The translations under genes were made by a program, and so were the position numbers. Of a DNA stretch of 64,000 bases, positions 48,291 through 61,525 are shown piece after piece. The notes under the pieces were generated by a model. It searched no databases. It was not told where the DNA came from and worked only from the letters and a program-made list of their open reading frames with translations. The DNA comes from Macrostomum hystrix (taxonomy: Eukaryota > Animalia > Platyhelminthes), in NCBI GenBank assembly GCA_950097015.1, contig CATNEN010000038.1, positions 28,706,001 to 28,770,000 of the forward strand, in the 5' to 3' direction. How positions within the stretch are numbered: position 1 is the stretch's first letter; each line of letters begins with the position of its first letter.

Positions 48291-48705
48291 GAAAAACAAA
48301 GTAAAACGATAGCGAATCATTTTTTCAGTCGAAGCATCATAGGACGCTACTTATTGATGAGTAGTCGCGCATGATTTTCCACTCGAAAGAAGTGTTGTTT
48401 CAATCCGAAAACAATAAATATTTTAATGTTTAAGAAGGCTGACATTAGAAACGTTGATGAAAAGCGCTAAATTGTGTTAAAAATAGACTTTTCATTCGAA
48501 CTTCGTACTACATTCAAAATAGCTTTGACCCAATTTTTGCTGGGGAGATAAAATTTCTATTTAGCAGAAGAGAAATTAATTACTATCCTTATACTCGTAT
48601 AGAGCATTCTTATTAGCATTTTCACCTTCACATAATATTTTAAAGGAAAAAGACTAAAAACAAGAGCATCAAACAAGAATCCCCGTAATTTAAATAGTAA
48701 TGAAC

Positions 48706-49911
48706 ATTCGATAGCAAGATTAGTATCTGAAATCGAAGCAAGATTAGTATCTGGAATCGAAGCAATATTAGTATCTGGAATCGAAGCAATATTAGTATCT
48801 GGAATTGAAGCAAGATTAGTATCTGGAATCGAAGCAATATTAGTATCTGGAATCGAAGCAAGATTAGTATCTGGAATTGAAGCAAGATTAGTATCTGGAA
48901 TTGAAGCAAGATTAGTATCTGGAATCGAAGCAAGATTAGTATCTGGAATCGAAGCAAGATTAGTATCTGGAATCGAAACAAGATTAGTATCTGGAATCGA
49001 AGCAAGATTAGTATCTGGAATCGAAACAAGATTAGTATCTGGAATCGAAGCAAGATTAGTATCTGGAATCGAAACAAGATTAGTATCTGGAATCGAAGCA
49101 AGATTAGTATCTGGAATCGCGTCTGGAATCGAAGCAAGATTAGTATCTGGAATCGAAGTAATATTAGTATCTGGAATCGAATCAAGATATATCGTCTGGA
49201 ATCGAAGCAAGATTAGTATCTGGAATCGAAGCAAGATTGGTATCTGGAATTGAAGCAAGATTAGTATCTGGAATCGAAGCAAGATTATTATCTGGAATCG
49301 AATCAAGATATAGCGTCTGGAATCGAAGCAAGATTAGTATCTGGAATCGAAGCAATATTAGTATCTGGAATCGAATCAAGATATAGCGTCTGGAATCGAA
49401 GCAAGATTAGTATCTGGAATCGAAGCAAGATTAGTATCTGGAATCGAATCAAGATATAGTATCTGGAATCGAAGCAAGATTAGTATCTGGAATCGAATCA
49501 AGATATAGCGTCTGGAATCGAAGCAAGATTAGTATCTGGAATCGAAGCAAGATTAGTATCTGGAATCGAAGCAAGATTAGTATCTGGAATCGAATTAAGA
49601 TATAGTATCTGGAATCGAAGCAAGATTAGTATCTGGAATCGAAGCAAGATTAGTATCTGGAATCGAATCAAGATATAGTATCTGGAATCGAAGCAAGATT
49701 AGTATCTGGAATCGAATCAAGATTAGTATCTGGAATCGAATCAAGATATAGTATCTGGAATCGAATCAAGATTAGTATCTGGAATCGAATCAAGATGTAG
49801 TATCTGGAATCGAAGCAAGATTAGTATCTGGTATCGAATCAAGATTTAGTATCTGGAATCGAAGCAAGATTAGTATCTGGAATCGAAGCAAGGTTAGTAT
49901 CTGGAATCGAA
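48706..49911. repeat. Minisatellite, 24-bp unit (GAAGCAAGATTAGTATCTGGAATC)
   Basis: About 50 tandem copies with 25-bp variants. Confidence 0.95.
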
Positions 49912-50576
49912 TAAATCTGTCTATTAATAGATTCATATGCCTGAGCTGCCATTTATCACGGTCATAAGATTTGCCAAAATTGACCAGTAGCTGTAGGTGT
50001 CCCTTCTGGGAATCCTTAAAGTGACCAAGTAGATGCAAGGCGGAGTTTCTGATCAGAGCCGAAATATCGAATTAGTTGAGTAGGGACCGCGCAGATTCTT
50101 CTTCTAGAGCAGCGAAGCGAGAGATAGCGCTGAGGGAGCTGCATGGTCACATATTGCCAACCAGATCCTGCTGGCAGTGATTGCGTTTGTAGCCGTTCCA
50201 ACAAGACAGTAATGCCTAACTGTGACGACTTGCCGACTAAGTTACGAATGAAGAGGTTCCAAGTCTTCCCTAGGGGAGATGAAAGGAACGATACAGCGAG
50301 GGTCCTTATAGATATTTATGTGCCAGAGCACAGATATTTTTAGCTGCCACTCAGTCGGCTCAAATTTGAGGGCCTATATATTTCTCTTTTCTCGGTGCAC
50401 AGCCCTCGCGAAGTTATTTTCGGAACTGAAGTGCCTTTTTTCTCTGTCGCCTGAGTGCCAGTTTATTGCTGAGCCTGAAGTCTGAACTGGGCGTCAACTA
50501 AATTCAGGAGGCAGTGTTGCAACATGAGCTCATGTTTTCGTGCTTCAAAAATACGAATGGCCGCTTGCGAATCACA

Positions 50577-51867
50577 AGTGATGCAGTGTAATGCAGTGTA
50601 ATGCAGTGTGATGCAGTGTGATGCAGTGTGATGCAGTGTGATGCAGTGTGATGCAGTGTAATGCAATGCGATGCAGTGTAATGCAGTGTGATGCAGTGTG
50701 ATGCAGTGTGATGCAGTGTAATGCAGTGTAATGCAGTGTGATGCAGTGCGATGCAGTGTGATGCAGTGTAATGCAGTGTGATGCAGTGTAATGCAGTGTA
50801 ATGCAGTGTAATGCAGTGTAATGCAGTGTAATGCAATGCGATGCAGTGTGATGCAGTGTAATGCAGTGTGATGCAGTGTGATGCAGTGTGATGCAGTGTA
50901 ATGCAGTGTGATGCAGTGTGATGCAGTGTAATGCAGTGTGATGCAGTGCGATGCAGTGTAATGCAGTGTGATGCAGTGTGATGCAGTGTGATGCAGTGTA
51001 ATGCAGTGCGATGCAGTGTGATGCAGTGTGATGCAGTGTGATGCAGTGTGATGCAGTGTGATGCAGTGTAATGCAATGCGATGCAGTGTGATGCAGTGTA
51101 ATGCAGTGTGATGCAGTGTGATGCAGTGTAATGCAGTGTGATGCAGTGTGATGCAGTGTAATGCAGTGTAATGCAGTGTAATGCAGTGTAATGCAGTGTA
51201 ATGCAGTGTAATGCAGTGTAATGCAATGCGATGCAGTGTGATGCAGTGTAATGCAGTGTGATGCAGTGTGATGCAGTGTGATGCAGTGTAATGCAGTGTG
51301 ATGCAGTGTAATGCAGTGTGATGCAGTGCGATGCAGTGTGATGCAGTGTAATGCAGTGTGATGCAGTGTGATGCAGTGTGATGCAGTGTGATGCAGTGTA
51401 ATGCGGTGTGATGCAGTGTGATGCAGTGTGATGCAGTGTGATGCAGTGTGATGCAGTGTAATGCAGTGTGATGCAGTGTGATGCAGTGTGATGCAGTGTA
51501 ATGCAGTGTGATGCAGTGTGATGCAGTGTGATGCAGTGTGATGCAGTGTGATGCAGTGTGATGCAGTGTAATGCGGTGTGATGCAGTGTGATGCAGTGTA
51601 ATGCAGTGTAATGCAGTGTGATGCAGTGTGATGCAGTGTGATGCAGTGTGATGCAGTGTGATGCAGTGTGATGCAGTGTGATGCAGTGTAATGCAGTGTG
51701 ATGCAGTGTAATGCAGTGTGATGCAGTGTGATGCAGTGTAATGTAGTGTAATGCAGTGTGATGCAGTGTGATGCAGTGTGATGCAGTGTGATGCAGTGTG
51801 ATGCAGTGTGATGCAGTGTAATGCAGTGTGATGCAGTGTAATGCAGTGTGATGCAGTGTAATGCAGT
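50577..51867. repeat. (ATGCAGTGTR)n decamer satellite
   Basis: About 129 tandem decamers; gives spurious HCITL ORFs. Confidence 0.97.
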
Positions 51868-53498
51868 CTGTATGGCCGTAAGCAGTCTTGATATTTAAAG
51901 AGGCTGTGGTGAATTATGTCATGTATTGCGGCTGCTGTGTCAGGCCGGGTTGTGTCGCCCTTATGACCTTTCGCCCCCTCCCTGCTCGGTGCCGCCACCT
52001 GATTGGCTGGGCGCGGGCATTGTCTCTCACCCTGTCCCCCAGCCCTGCGTGGCTTTGCTCCTCCTGCCAATCAGATAAGCCTAGCTGTGCCCATCCACCC
52101 GGCCAGTGCGCGTTCGTGTGACCCGAGCTGTCAGGGATTGCATGCACGTTCAGTGCGACAGTTTCTGACGAGTAGGAGCTGGAGTGTCGAGTCTACCTGC
52201 TTGTACAGAGCGCGAGGCAAGACCAGCTGGTCCGTCTCGGGACACAACAAGGCTAATAAGCTATGAGGCGGATGTGACTGCTGTTAAAAGTACAAATGCA
52301 TAGTCTTGTTTGATGTCAATTGAATTCAACAACAGGTGGGAAATTTAATCTGCTCACTAAAATGATGGAAAATTCAATTACGATTTTCAATTTCCGCTTA
52401 CTGAGTTAAATAAAAAATCTAATTAAATAATTGAAGTTATTTAAACTGTCCGAGCGCGTATGTGAATACTATTAAGCACAAAACATTTCTTTGTAACACC
52501 CAGGAGTTAATAATTTTTTTATAATGAATCATTTAATTTTTAACCTTGTTTGCCCAATTTAAACAAGCGAGTCTATTCGTTGGACAATTTATTCAGTCAA
52601 ATTTATATTTATTGATCCGGTTCGTTGGTTTAACAAAATAATATTTGACCTAAACGAAAAAAGTGGACGATTTTTTTGTTTTGTTTTATCATGAGAAAAA
52701 CAGATCGTTTTTTTAATTTATTTCTTGCATTTGGAGTCCAATAAACTCACAGCCGCAGCCAGTGTTATATATAACTACTGAATTGTTGTTCTTGTTTCTT
52801 AAAAGTGGAGATCCTTTCTTGATGAAACATTATTTCTAGTCTATGGCCGAAATCTTTTTATAACTTCGTTTTTCTTCGGGGGGTTCAATAGGCGTTTTTG
52901 ATGCTTAAATGAATGTCTATGGCAGCAACTCTTGGCCATAGACATTAGAGCACTCAAATCTACATTTGAGCAGCATTGTAATCACGATTACTTTCAGAAT
53001 GACTCTCGTAGATGGTCTTGTCCATAGACTATCTCGAGAGACATTAATTTTCCAAAAACATTAATTTGATATTCTATGGTGAAACTTAATTAGTGGCCAC
53101 TTTCCAGTCATTTTTTATCCAGACATGTAGTCTCGTAGTGCATGTTATTTTCACATTTTTGGCAGCCTAATGAATTAGCTGACTGGAGCGAAGCAGGAGT
53201 TTTAGCCATGAACTAAAGTACAACGGATCTGATCTGATCGTGAAGGGAGTACTATTGCTAAACTGACAGTACGTTTTGCTTTGCTCATTTTCGATGCCTT
53301 GCATCCGATCCTATGTTTTTTAAAGCAACAGACAAATCGATATAGGGATTTTTGCCCACTGAAATTGAATAAGGAATTTGACCCAAAACCTGTTAGACAC
53401 CTAGCTGGCAGCTAAATAGCTTCAAATTAGAGTTTTACGCTCGTAATAACAACGAGCCATTTTTCATTGTTCTCTCGACTGTTTGACGAGCGAGTAAC

Positions 53499-54308
53499 TC
53501 AAACAGCTCTGCCAGCTCTTCGATAATAGTAACGGCCGTAATAGTTGCCAAGGATGTCGCCGACATCGCCGGCGCCTCCAGGACAAGCCGACTGGCTGCA
53601 GACGCGTCGACGGATGCCGCGGCCGCTGACGACGGTGCTGTGGCAGCACTCGCCAGTTGGGCAATCCCAATCCGTGTCGCACTGCGACCACAGGGCGGCC
53701 GAGTGTTGCATGAAGGCCGGCAAGTCTGTACTGCTCGTGCTGGGTGATAGGCAGACACCGCCGCTGCCGGAACCTGTTGGATTGCAGGTGAGAACCTGGT
53801 GTCTAACAGGTGTGAGCCTGTGCCTCACAAATACGAACCTGTCTCTAACAGGTGTGAGTCTGTGTGTAACAGGTGTGAGTCTGTGTGTAACAGGTGTGAG
53901 TCTGTGTGTAACAGGTGTGAGTCTGTGTCTAAAAGGTGTGAGTCTGTTGTGTAACAGGTGTGAACCTTTGTCTTAAAGGTGTGAACTTGTGTGAACCTAA
54001 GCGTGTCCGTCACTCACGTTTATACTGCCACCAGGTGCGCCGGCAGGTGAGACCCTTGCAGCAGCTGGCCTCGCTCCAGCAGTAAGCGCCGTCACCTTGG
54101 CACTAAATGAAATCACTGCGATTATTAATTCATAATTTATCAGTCTATAAATCTAGTCAGCAATAGTCCTCACCATATTATCACTGCCACCCATCAGTCT
54201 CAGGTAGCCACTAACGGGTTCCGGGCCCAACTGAAGCAGCAAGATCACCAGAAGGAATAATCCTGTCGCTGAGATCAAAATGGACCCATTAGGCCTTGCT
54301 TGTGGCAT
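53499..54308 (-). CDS. Small secreted cysteine-rich protein with a knottin (ICK)-like domain plus a second 6-Cys domain (~164 aa, 3 exons)
   Basis: Exons 54308-54174, 54102-54018, 53773-53499; GT-AG, 495 nt in frame. Signal-like ...ILISATGLFLLVILLLQLGPEPVSG; CQGDGAYCWSEASCCKGLTC-x15-C; CDTDWDCPTGECC-x14-C-x4-C. Confidence 0.8.
53786..53997. repeat. Intronic minisatellite, 21-bp unit (ACAGGTGTGAGTCTGTGTGTA)
   Basis: Same family as 58678-59857. Confidence 0.9.
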
Positions 54309-54419
54309 TTCTCTGCACTGTTGATTTTATGTACCTTTTTTCCGATCGATTTTTTTCTCGATTGCACGGAATTTCGAGTCTAGCGAGTGTGGGGGGATTT
54401 TAACTAGATGGGCAAGGGG

Positions 54420-54442
54420 TTATATAGTACTGAGCGACCAAT
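54420..54442 (-). promoter_or_regulatory. Candidate TATA (TATATAA) and CCAAT motifs upstream of the knottin gene
   Basis: About 110-130 nt upstream of the ATG at 54308. Confidence 0.4.
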
Positions 54443-56984
54443 AAGAATCTCAGAATTGAAATAGCTGCGGGTTTGCAATCCGATGATCTGTCCTCGTGAA
54501 GGAAAAGGAGTGTGGGGATGGCGATAGAGTCAGAAGTCGTACCGCAAAGTCTCGCGAGTTGCCGCGGAAAGAGGGATGAAGGGAGAGATGAAGGGAGAGA
54601 CAGTGGATGCAGGGAGTGGTCCTCTCGGCCTCAGGCTGGCCAGTCCCACTCAACCCATAGGCCACAGGCATGACTGCCGTGCCTACCCCAAGCAGTGCTC
54701 GAAACCGGCTAAAAGTCTAAATAGATGTCGGACTACCCGCAGACGGATAGGACAGGGCTATGCAGCCTACTGTCATCAGTAGCATGTTCGTAACTGACCC
54801 CTAAACTCGGTAGCAGTGGTCGACTCGGCCTAGGCTCTTGTCTTAGAAATGCGGAAAGGCTATCGGCAAAGCGGGAAATGATCTAGGGTAGCGCCACCAC
54901 CCAATGCGCCTACGTTGCCACCGCAGACATTTGGGAACTTGGGTCCCCGGAGCTCGCAGCTCCTAGTTTGTCACGCAGATCTTAGACAAGCCGAAAAATA
55001 GAGCCTTCTGTAACTTCCGTTTTAGACTAGGGTGAAGACCCCAGAATGGATCGAGACACGCCTCACCAGGGGATTCCTGAATTTGCGCTACAGTGGTCTA
55101 GAAAGGTGGTACTCAGAACTCGAATGAAGGTCCATAGCCGGAAACCTACTCATGAAACATCAGGCACATTCCTTACATTAGATTACGGCCTACACATTAA
55201 TTAACTAGCAAATCCGAACCTGTGTGAGATGAGGAAATCAGAGGCAGGAGAGATTAGGCAGAACACTGGCTGAGTGATTATGCAAGCGAAAGATTAATTG
55301 ATCATCGCCCTCGCTTCCGTGGCGGCAGTTGCGAAAGGCGGGGAACAGAAGGGAAACTCAATTGGCAGGGGAGTTTGACACGTACTCCTTGATCCGCCAG
55401 GAAGAGAGGAAAAACCCGCCAAGGAATTCCCCACCCCTAGCAGAGAAACACATGCTACACTCCGCATTTTACTCGCAAATCCCTAGCTCCTTATTACTCT
55501 CATGCGCGCTCACAGTTGTCCTCCTGCCGCAGCTGTCAGCTAGGCATCACCAGAGCCCACCCCCTAATGAATTAGCCACTCATGATCGAGGGCTGCCTAA
55601 CGATAAAATAAAGGTGAAAAAGAGACATAGTAAAATAATTAAGTTGGTTTTAAAAGCAGCCCAATAAGTTAAATGATGGCGGTAAGTTAGATGGTTTATT
55701 AGGCTAAACAATTCCTAGCTCCCCTCCCGCTAAGTGTCGCCTAACTAAAAGTAAAATGTCCCTTAGGATTAACAATAATAAACCGCTGCGCGGATTACTT
55801 AGCTGGATCTCGTTTGGCCGCGTGCTGCAGTCCCGTTGTTCTCGGGGAGAAAGGATGGGCAAGACAGTAAGGCAGAGAAAGGAAACTTCTGCGAGTTGGC
55901 AGGGGCCAACGCACTGGGAGCTCAGAGGCTCAATTTAGAGCTCACCTAAGAGGTGGCTTGCGCTAAGGGAATGGGAACAGGCAATTGGCCTGTGCTATCT
56001 GCTCGGAGCTCAAGGCTCAAGGGTCTAAGCCCTACGTGGGTCCGGAAAGGTGCTCTGGGTCCGGTGGGAGTCCGGCCCGGCAAAAGTAAGTCCGGCAGGG
56101 GAGAAGGGGGAGAGCCGGCGGGGGAAAAAGGTCCTCCGGAAGGAAAAAGGTTGTCCTAGGGGCAGCGCAGCGCGCCTTCTTAAATAGTCCTGCAGCACGC
56201 CAACCCCGACATCCATCAAAGCAACCCACATTCGCGCCAGCCTGTCATCGAGGAATTGAAGCGGCGATTGCCGCCCCAATTGCCCAACGAACCGGCGGCG
56301 AGAAACGACAGATGTTCTGCTCGAACAGCCGTCGGCAGTCGGCCAATGATTGTTACTCCGCCAGGACAATGGGAAGCGCAGGCGCCGACCTGCCTACAGT
56401 GACATTTACATGTATCTAAAGGAGGGAGGTCATAAAGTCGAGCTAGGCTCGAATACTGTAAAGAAGTGGGGACATGAAGAATTAATGATCACTCATAACG
56501 CCCGAGTGATCCCCTATATCTGATCGCGGTTTGGAGGAGAATTATGACCTAAACTACTCATACAATAAAAGCTATGGCCGCGATCAGTCATTCCTACAGG
56601 GGTCTAGACAGATCCAGGGAGAAGGGATTCGACGGCTACTTAATTCACCGCCGCCCAAAACCCGGCCCTAAGATTAATGATCGTGTTTGCGGCCAGCTGC
56701 TATGTGGGTCGCAATTATTAGACACTTAAAAGTTTGAAAAATTATGCTGGCTCACACTCCCGCTCGATTCCCGCAGCACACTCCACATCAGAATCGGGAA
56801 CGAATCCCCATTCGTACATTTTTGTCGCAAGTGGATTAACTGTTAAAGCGACAGGGAAAAACACATCGGAGATTAAAGATAAGCAGACTTCTAAAGCTGA
56901 ATTTATCTAATTTAAATATTTTAATGGACTTTCTAGCTAAACTTTGACTTGTTCATATTTTTCTTGGAAATATAGTAGAAAATA

Positions 56985-57345
56985 GAATAGAAGAACTGGA
57001 TACAGCGGAGAGGGAATGTAAGACAAAGGATAAGGAATGTAGAACAAGACGATAAGGAATGTAGAACAAGAGGATAAGGAATGCAGAACAAGAGGATAAG
57101 GAATGCAGAACAAGAGGATAAGGAATGCAGAACATAAGGATAACGAATATAGGACAGAGGATAAGGAATGTAGAACAGAATGTAGAACAAGAGGATAAGG
57201 AATGCAGAACGTAAGGATAAAGAATATAGGACAGAGGATAAGGAATGTAAGACAGAGGATAGGTAATTTTTACAGCGGATAAGGAATGTAGAACAGAGGA
57301 TAAGGAATTTAGAACAAGAGGAAAGGATTGTAGAACAGAGAATAT
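56985..57345. repeat. Degenerate minisatellite, ~22-bp unit (GAATGYAGAACAAGAGGATAAG)
   Basis: Tandem repetition. Confidence 0.85.
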
Positions 57346-58677
57346 TAGAATTTAGGATAGACTGTTTGACTTATGTGTTAAATAATTCATATTGCAGTAC
57401 ACGAACTGGATTTGCTAAACCATACTACTCGTAATAGTAGAGTAATTTGAGTATTTGACTATATACTTTACGAGAACAGAATCAGCATTATATTCAGTTT
57501 TAGCAAAGGGCTCAAGATATGAACGGATGAAAATGATTTAAAGTCCTAACAAGCAAAATAAATCATTATAACCCACAAATAATTGTTTGAAACGAAAAAA
57601 CAATCACAGCCTTCTACTAAAAATGAACTATAATTTCATTAAGGAAAATTAATTTTTTAAGAAAAGTGCATGGCGACTAACGACTATTAACAAGAAAATG
57701 ATAGTCTGAAATATAATAATAAGCTTAGAAATTATTGTTGAAATGTTAAAATTAATTTTGCTACGAAAGTAATAGTAAAAAAATGTTTTTAGTATAAGTT
57801 TTTTCATGATAAACGATCGTTTTAGCATTTACAGGAATTATAATAACTATTGGCGTTAGTTTCAATTAGTTTAAATTAATAGTTTTGTTAAATCTTAGAT
57901 CTCAGCGATTTGTTTTTTCCAAGGCAATTTAAATTTTCTCTCAAGCTTTTCATATTTGAATCTAAAAGTCTAAAACTCAGTAGATATAAAGGATTTTAAT
58001 TTTAATTTAAATTTTTATTTTAATTTTAACAGTTCTAGCTCACAACCAAAAAGGGTGTTTGAGAACAACTTCTTATTTTATTAAGGAAATTTTTCATAGA
58101 AATCTAGAATTAAACAGAATTTTTGTTAAAAGCAGTTGGAATATGTGATCTAATACGTCTTCCTTTAAAAAATCTTCTTAGATCGCTGGATTTTAGAAGA
58201 ATTAAATAACGTTCTATTCGAACGTAAATAAGAACGCAATATTTCATAATGAACGAATCGATTTCAACTTACCAGTCACATTTTAAATACAAAGGGCATG
58301 CAATTTACTTTTTAACCTACACACATAAAATAAACTCGTATATTTCTACTCATAGTACGAGCGTATATAAATTTGAATCTATAATTCGCATTAAAAGTAG
58401 TTGTTTGCCAATTGCAAGATTAATAAAACAGTCCAGAATGTAAACAACGATGTCATCAGCCCGAATGCTTTTTGGCCTGAATTCGGATCTGGAAACCGAG
58501 AAATTGGGCATTTTTAGGTTTTCTGCGCAAAAAGGTTTTGTTAAGTTCAGTATTAATTTACTGGTATTCAAAGCTAATTTTTTGCGTTCTATAAGTCATG
58601 TTTATTTCGCACCTAACATGTACATAATATGAAATAGTAGTGTCCAATCTTAGCACAAGTGTCAAGGCGTAAAACGA

Positions 58678-59857
58678 TGTCTAACAGTTTGTGAGCCTGT
58701 GTTTTTGGACCAGTGTCTGACAGGTGTGAGTCTGTGTGTTACAGGTTTGAGTATATGTCTAACAGGCGTGAGCCTGTGTCTAACACGTACGAGTCTGTGT
58801 CTAACAGGTGTGAACCTGTGTCTCACAAATATGAACCTGTCTCTAAAAGGTGTGATTCTGTGTGTACCAGGTGTGAGTCTGTGTGTAACAGGTGTGAGTC
58901 TGTGTGTTACAGGTGTGAGTCTGTGTCTAACATGTACGACTCTGTGTCTAACAGGTGGGAGTCTGTGTCTAACAGGTATGAACCTGTGTCTCACAAATAT
59001 GAACCTGTCTCTAACAGGTGTGATTCTGTGTGTAACAGGTGTGAGTCTGTGTGTAACAGGTGTGAGTCTGTGTGTTACAGGTGTGAGTCTGTGTCTAACA
59101 GGTACGACTCTGTGTCTAACAGGTGGGAGTCTGTGTCTAACAGGTATGAACCTGTGTCTCAAAAATATGAACCTGTCTCTAACAGGTGTGATTCTGTGTG
59201 TAACAGGTGTGAGTCTGTGTGTTACAGGTGTGAGTCTGTGTCTAACAGGTACGACTCTGTGTCTAACAGGTGGGAGTCTGTGTCTTACAGGTATGAACCT
59301 GTGTCTCACAAATATGAACCTGTCTCTAACAGGTGTGATTCTGTGTGTAACAGGTGTGAGTCTGTGTGTAACAGGTGTGAGTCTGTGTCTAACAGGTACG
59401 ACTCTGTGTCTAACAGGTGGGAGACTGTGTCTAACAGGTGGGAGTCTGTGTCTAACAGGTGTGAGTCTGTGTCTAACAGGTGGGAGTCTGTGTCTAAAAG
59501 GTGTGAGTCTGTGTCTAACAGGTGTGAGTCTGTGTCTAACAGGTACGAATCTGTGTCCAACAGGTGGGAGTCTGTGTCTAACAGATGGGAACACTTTTTA
59601 GCAGGTGTGAACATGTGTCTAACAGACGTGAACCTGTTTCTATCAGCCGTGAACCTGCGCTTAAAAGGTGTAAGTCTGTGTCTAAAAGGGGTGAGCCTGT
59701 GTCTAAGAGGTGTGAACAAGTGTCTACCAGGTGTGAAAAAGTGTCTAACAGGTGTGAAAAAATGTCTAACATGTTTGAAGAAGTGTCTAACAGGTGCAAA
59801 CCTGTGGCTTACAGGTGTGAGTCTGTGTCTAAGAGGTTTAAACAAGTGTCTAACAGT
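58678..59857. repeat. Minisatellite, 21-bp unit (ACAGGTGTGAGTCTGTGTCTA), with 7-8-mer higher-order repeats
   Basis: Variant monomer block recurs at 58807, 58975, 59143 and 59290. Confidence 0.95.
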
Positions 59858-60384
59858 TTATAAAATATTATTCTGCTTCAAGCTGTGTTTGTTACGGCTT
59901 ATCACAATATACATAGAATACGGGACTTGACCTGCCATGGCCCTCACAGCAGCTGTTTGTGAAGCCAAGGGTGGGACACTGTGGCTAAGGGTAGAGAGCG
60001 CACGATTTCCTAATTTCATTCGTCCATCCTCATCTGTGTGAGGCATCTCTGTGAGTCTGAGAAATTTCATTCCCCCCCAGAGCTGTGCTGCCTATTGGCA
60101 GAGAATAGTAGGGTGAGGAGTTTCGACGAAATGGCACGTAAGTTGAGAGGGTAGGAAAATTTGCAAGCGTGTTTCATTCTCAGAAAAATCTGATAATTAA
60201 TTTTGTTCATGCGTAGACTCCTCACATATTTAACATTAATCAAGGACCTGGGTTCGAGTATTTGATGAAATAAAGAAACACAAAGCGAAAGGCTGTACTT
60301 GACACTGCGTGTTTACGGGTTCCGCAAAAATACCAAAAATGTTTTCATAGTAAGCCTTAACTCTGACACAGAGGTCAAGGGGGA

Positions 60385-60590
60385 GCACTTTGTGTCCTTG
60401 AGCACGACTGCCAATTTCCTAATACTTCAGTTCACCAACAAGTACACCCGACGAATGGGTACCAGCATCGGCTGGGGTAGAAATTAGGGTGTCTGTGGCG
60501 ACTCTCCACAGTCCATGGACTGAACAGCTGTACGCAATAGCTGTGGCTGTGCCACTGAACTGTGCATCTGGCTCAACTAGGCAACGGTCT
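60385..60590 (+). mobile_element. Degenerate SINE family 2 copy
   Basis: GTGTCCTTGAGCA, CTTCAGTTCACC, ATGGGTACCAGCATC and CAGTCCATGGACTGAACAGCTGTACGCA. Confidence 0.7.
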
Positions 60591-61525
60591 AATTTTTATT
60601 CTGTTCTATCAGGCCAGAAAATTTTTAAGGTACTAATAAGGAAGGTTGAGCAATTATTTTAGCTCATGCAAAATCCTGCTATCCACTTTACATCAAGAGC
60701 CAAAGGTAGGAGTAGACCGCAGGCATAAAGGCGGGTATTAGCTGGATCAATGCACAGATGACCAGGTGTTGGCACATCCTTACTCCTGGTAAGCTCTCTG
60801 AGAAGCAGCTGAACAATGGGCGATGAAGATTGGGATTTGAGGATGGCTGGGTGAAAGATATGGATCGCTGAAGACACGAAAAGATTGCATAGGTACCCTG
60901 ACCATCATGTGGCTGCTGCATGAAATAAACTCTTACGATTGCTAAAAGTACATTCTTATCAGTTAAAAGAGTACGCTATTTTCCCGGAAAAGACTACGGG
61001 GTATTTCAAATACCCACTGCCTATACTTCCCCATAGCTCCCAAACCGAATGACCGATTTTCCTGAAACTCCACCATCTGAATCAACATTTTCCGCCCTTT
61101 ACGGTGAAACTAACTTTTAAAGCCGTCCAAGACAGTCTATCGTCGAGATATTCAGCGATTCTTGTCGAAGACCCTGGTGGCAAGGACAAATTACATTGCT
61201 CTGTATAAAGCCTATTGGCGAATCCATATTTCTTCAATAATTCTAAGTACATGAACTAAGAATATAATCAACAATAATAGCCCACATGGTTACAAGTGTC
61301 TCTCATGAGATTTTTTGAGCAGAAAAATGATGCCCATATTGTTGATTTCTGCCACCAGACACCCCGACGAGAATCGTTGAATATCTCGACGATGCCGATG
61401 TTTTGTGATTCTGGAAGTTGTTTTAACGGATAGAGCGGAAAAATTCTTGCCCGTGTTCTGCATTTCAACCATGGCGATTGGTTGAATATTTTAGGAGATA
61501 CAAAAAAGTGAAAAAATTGTGGGTA

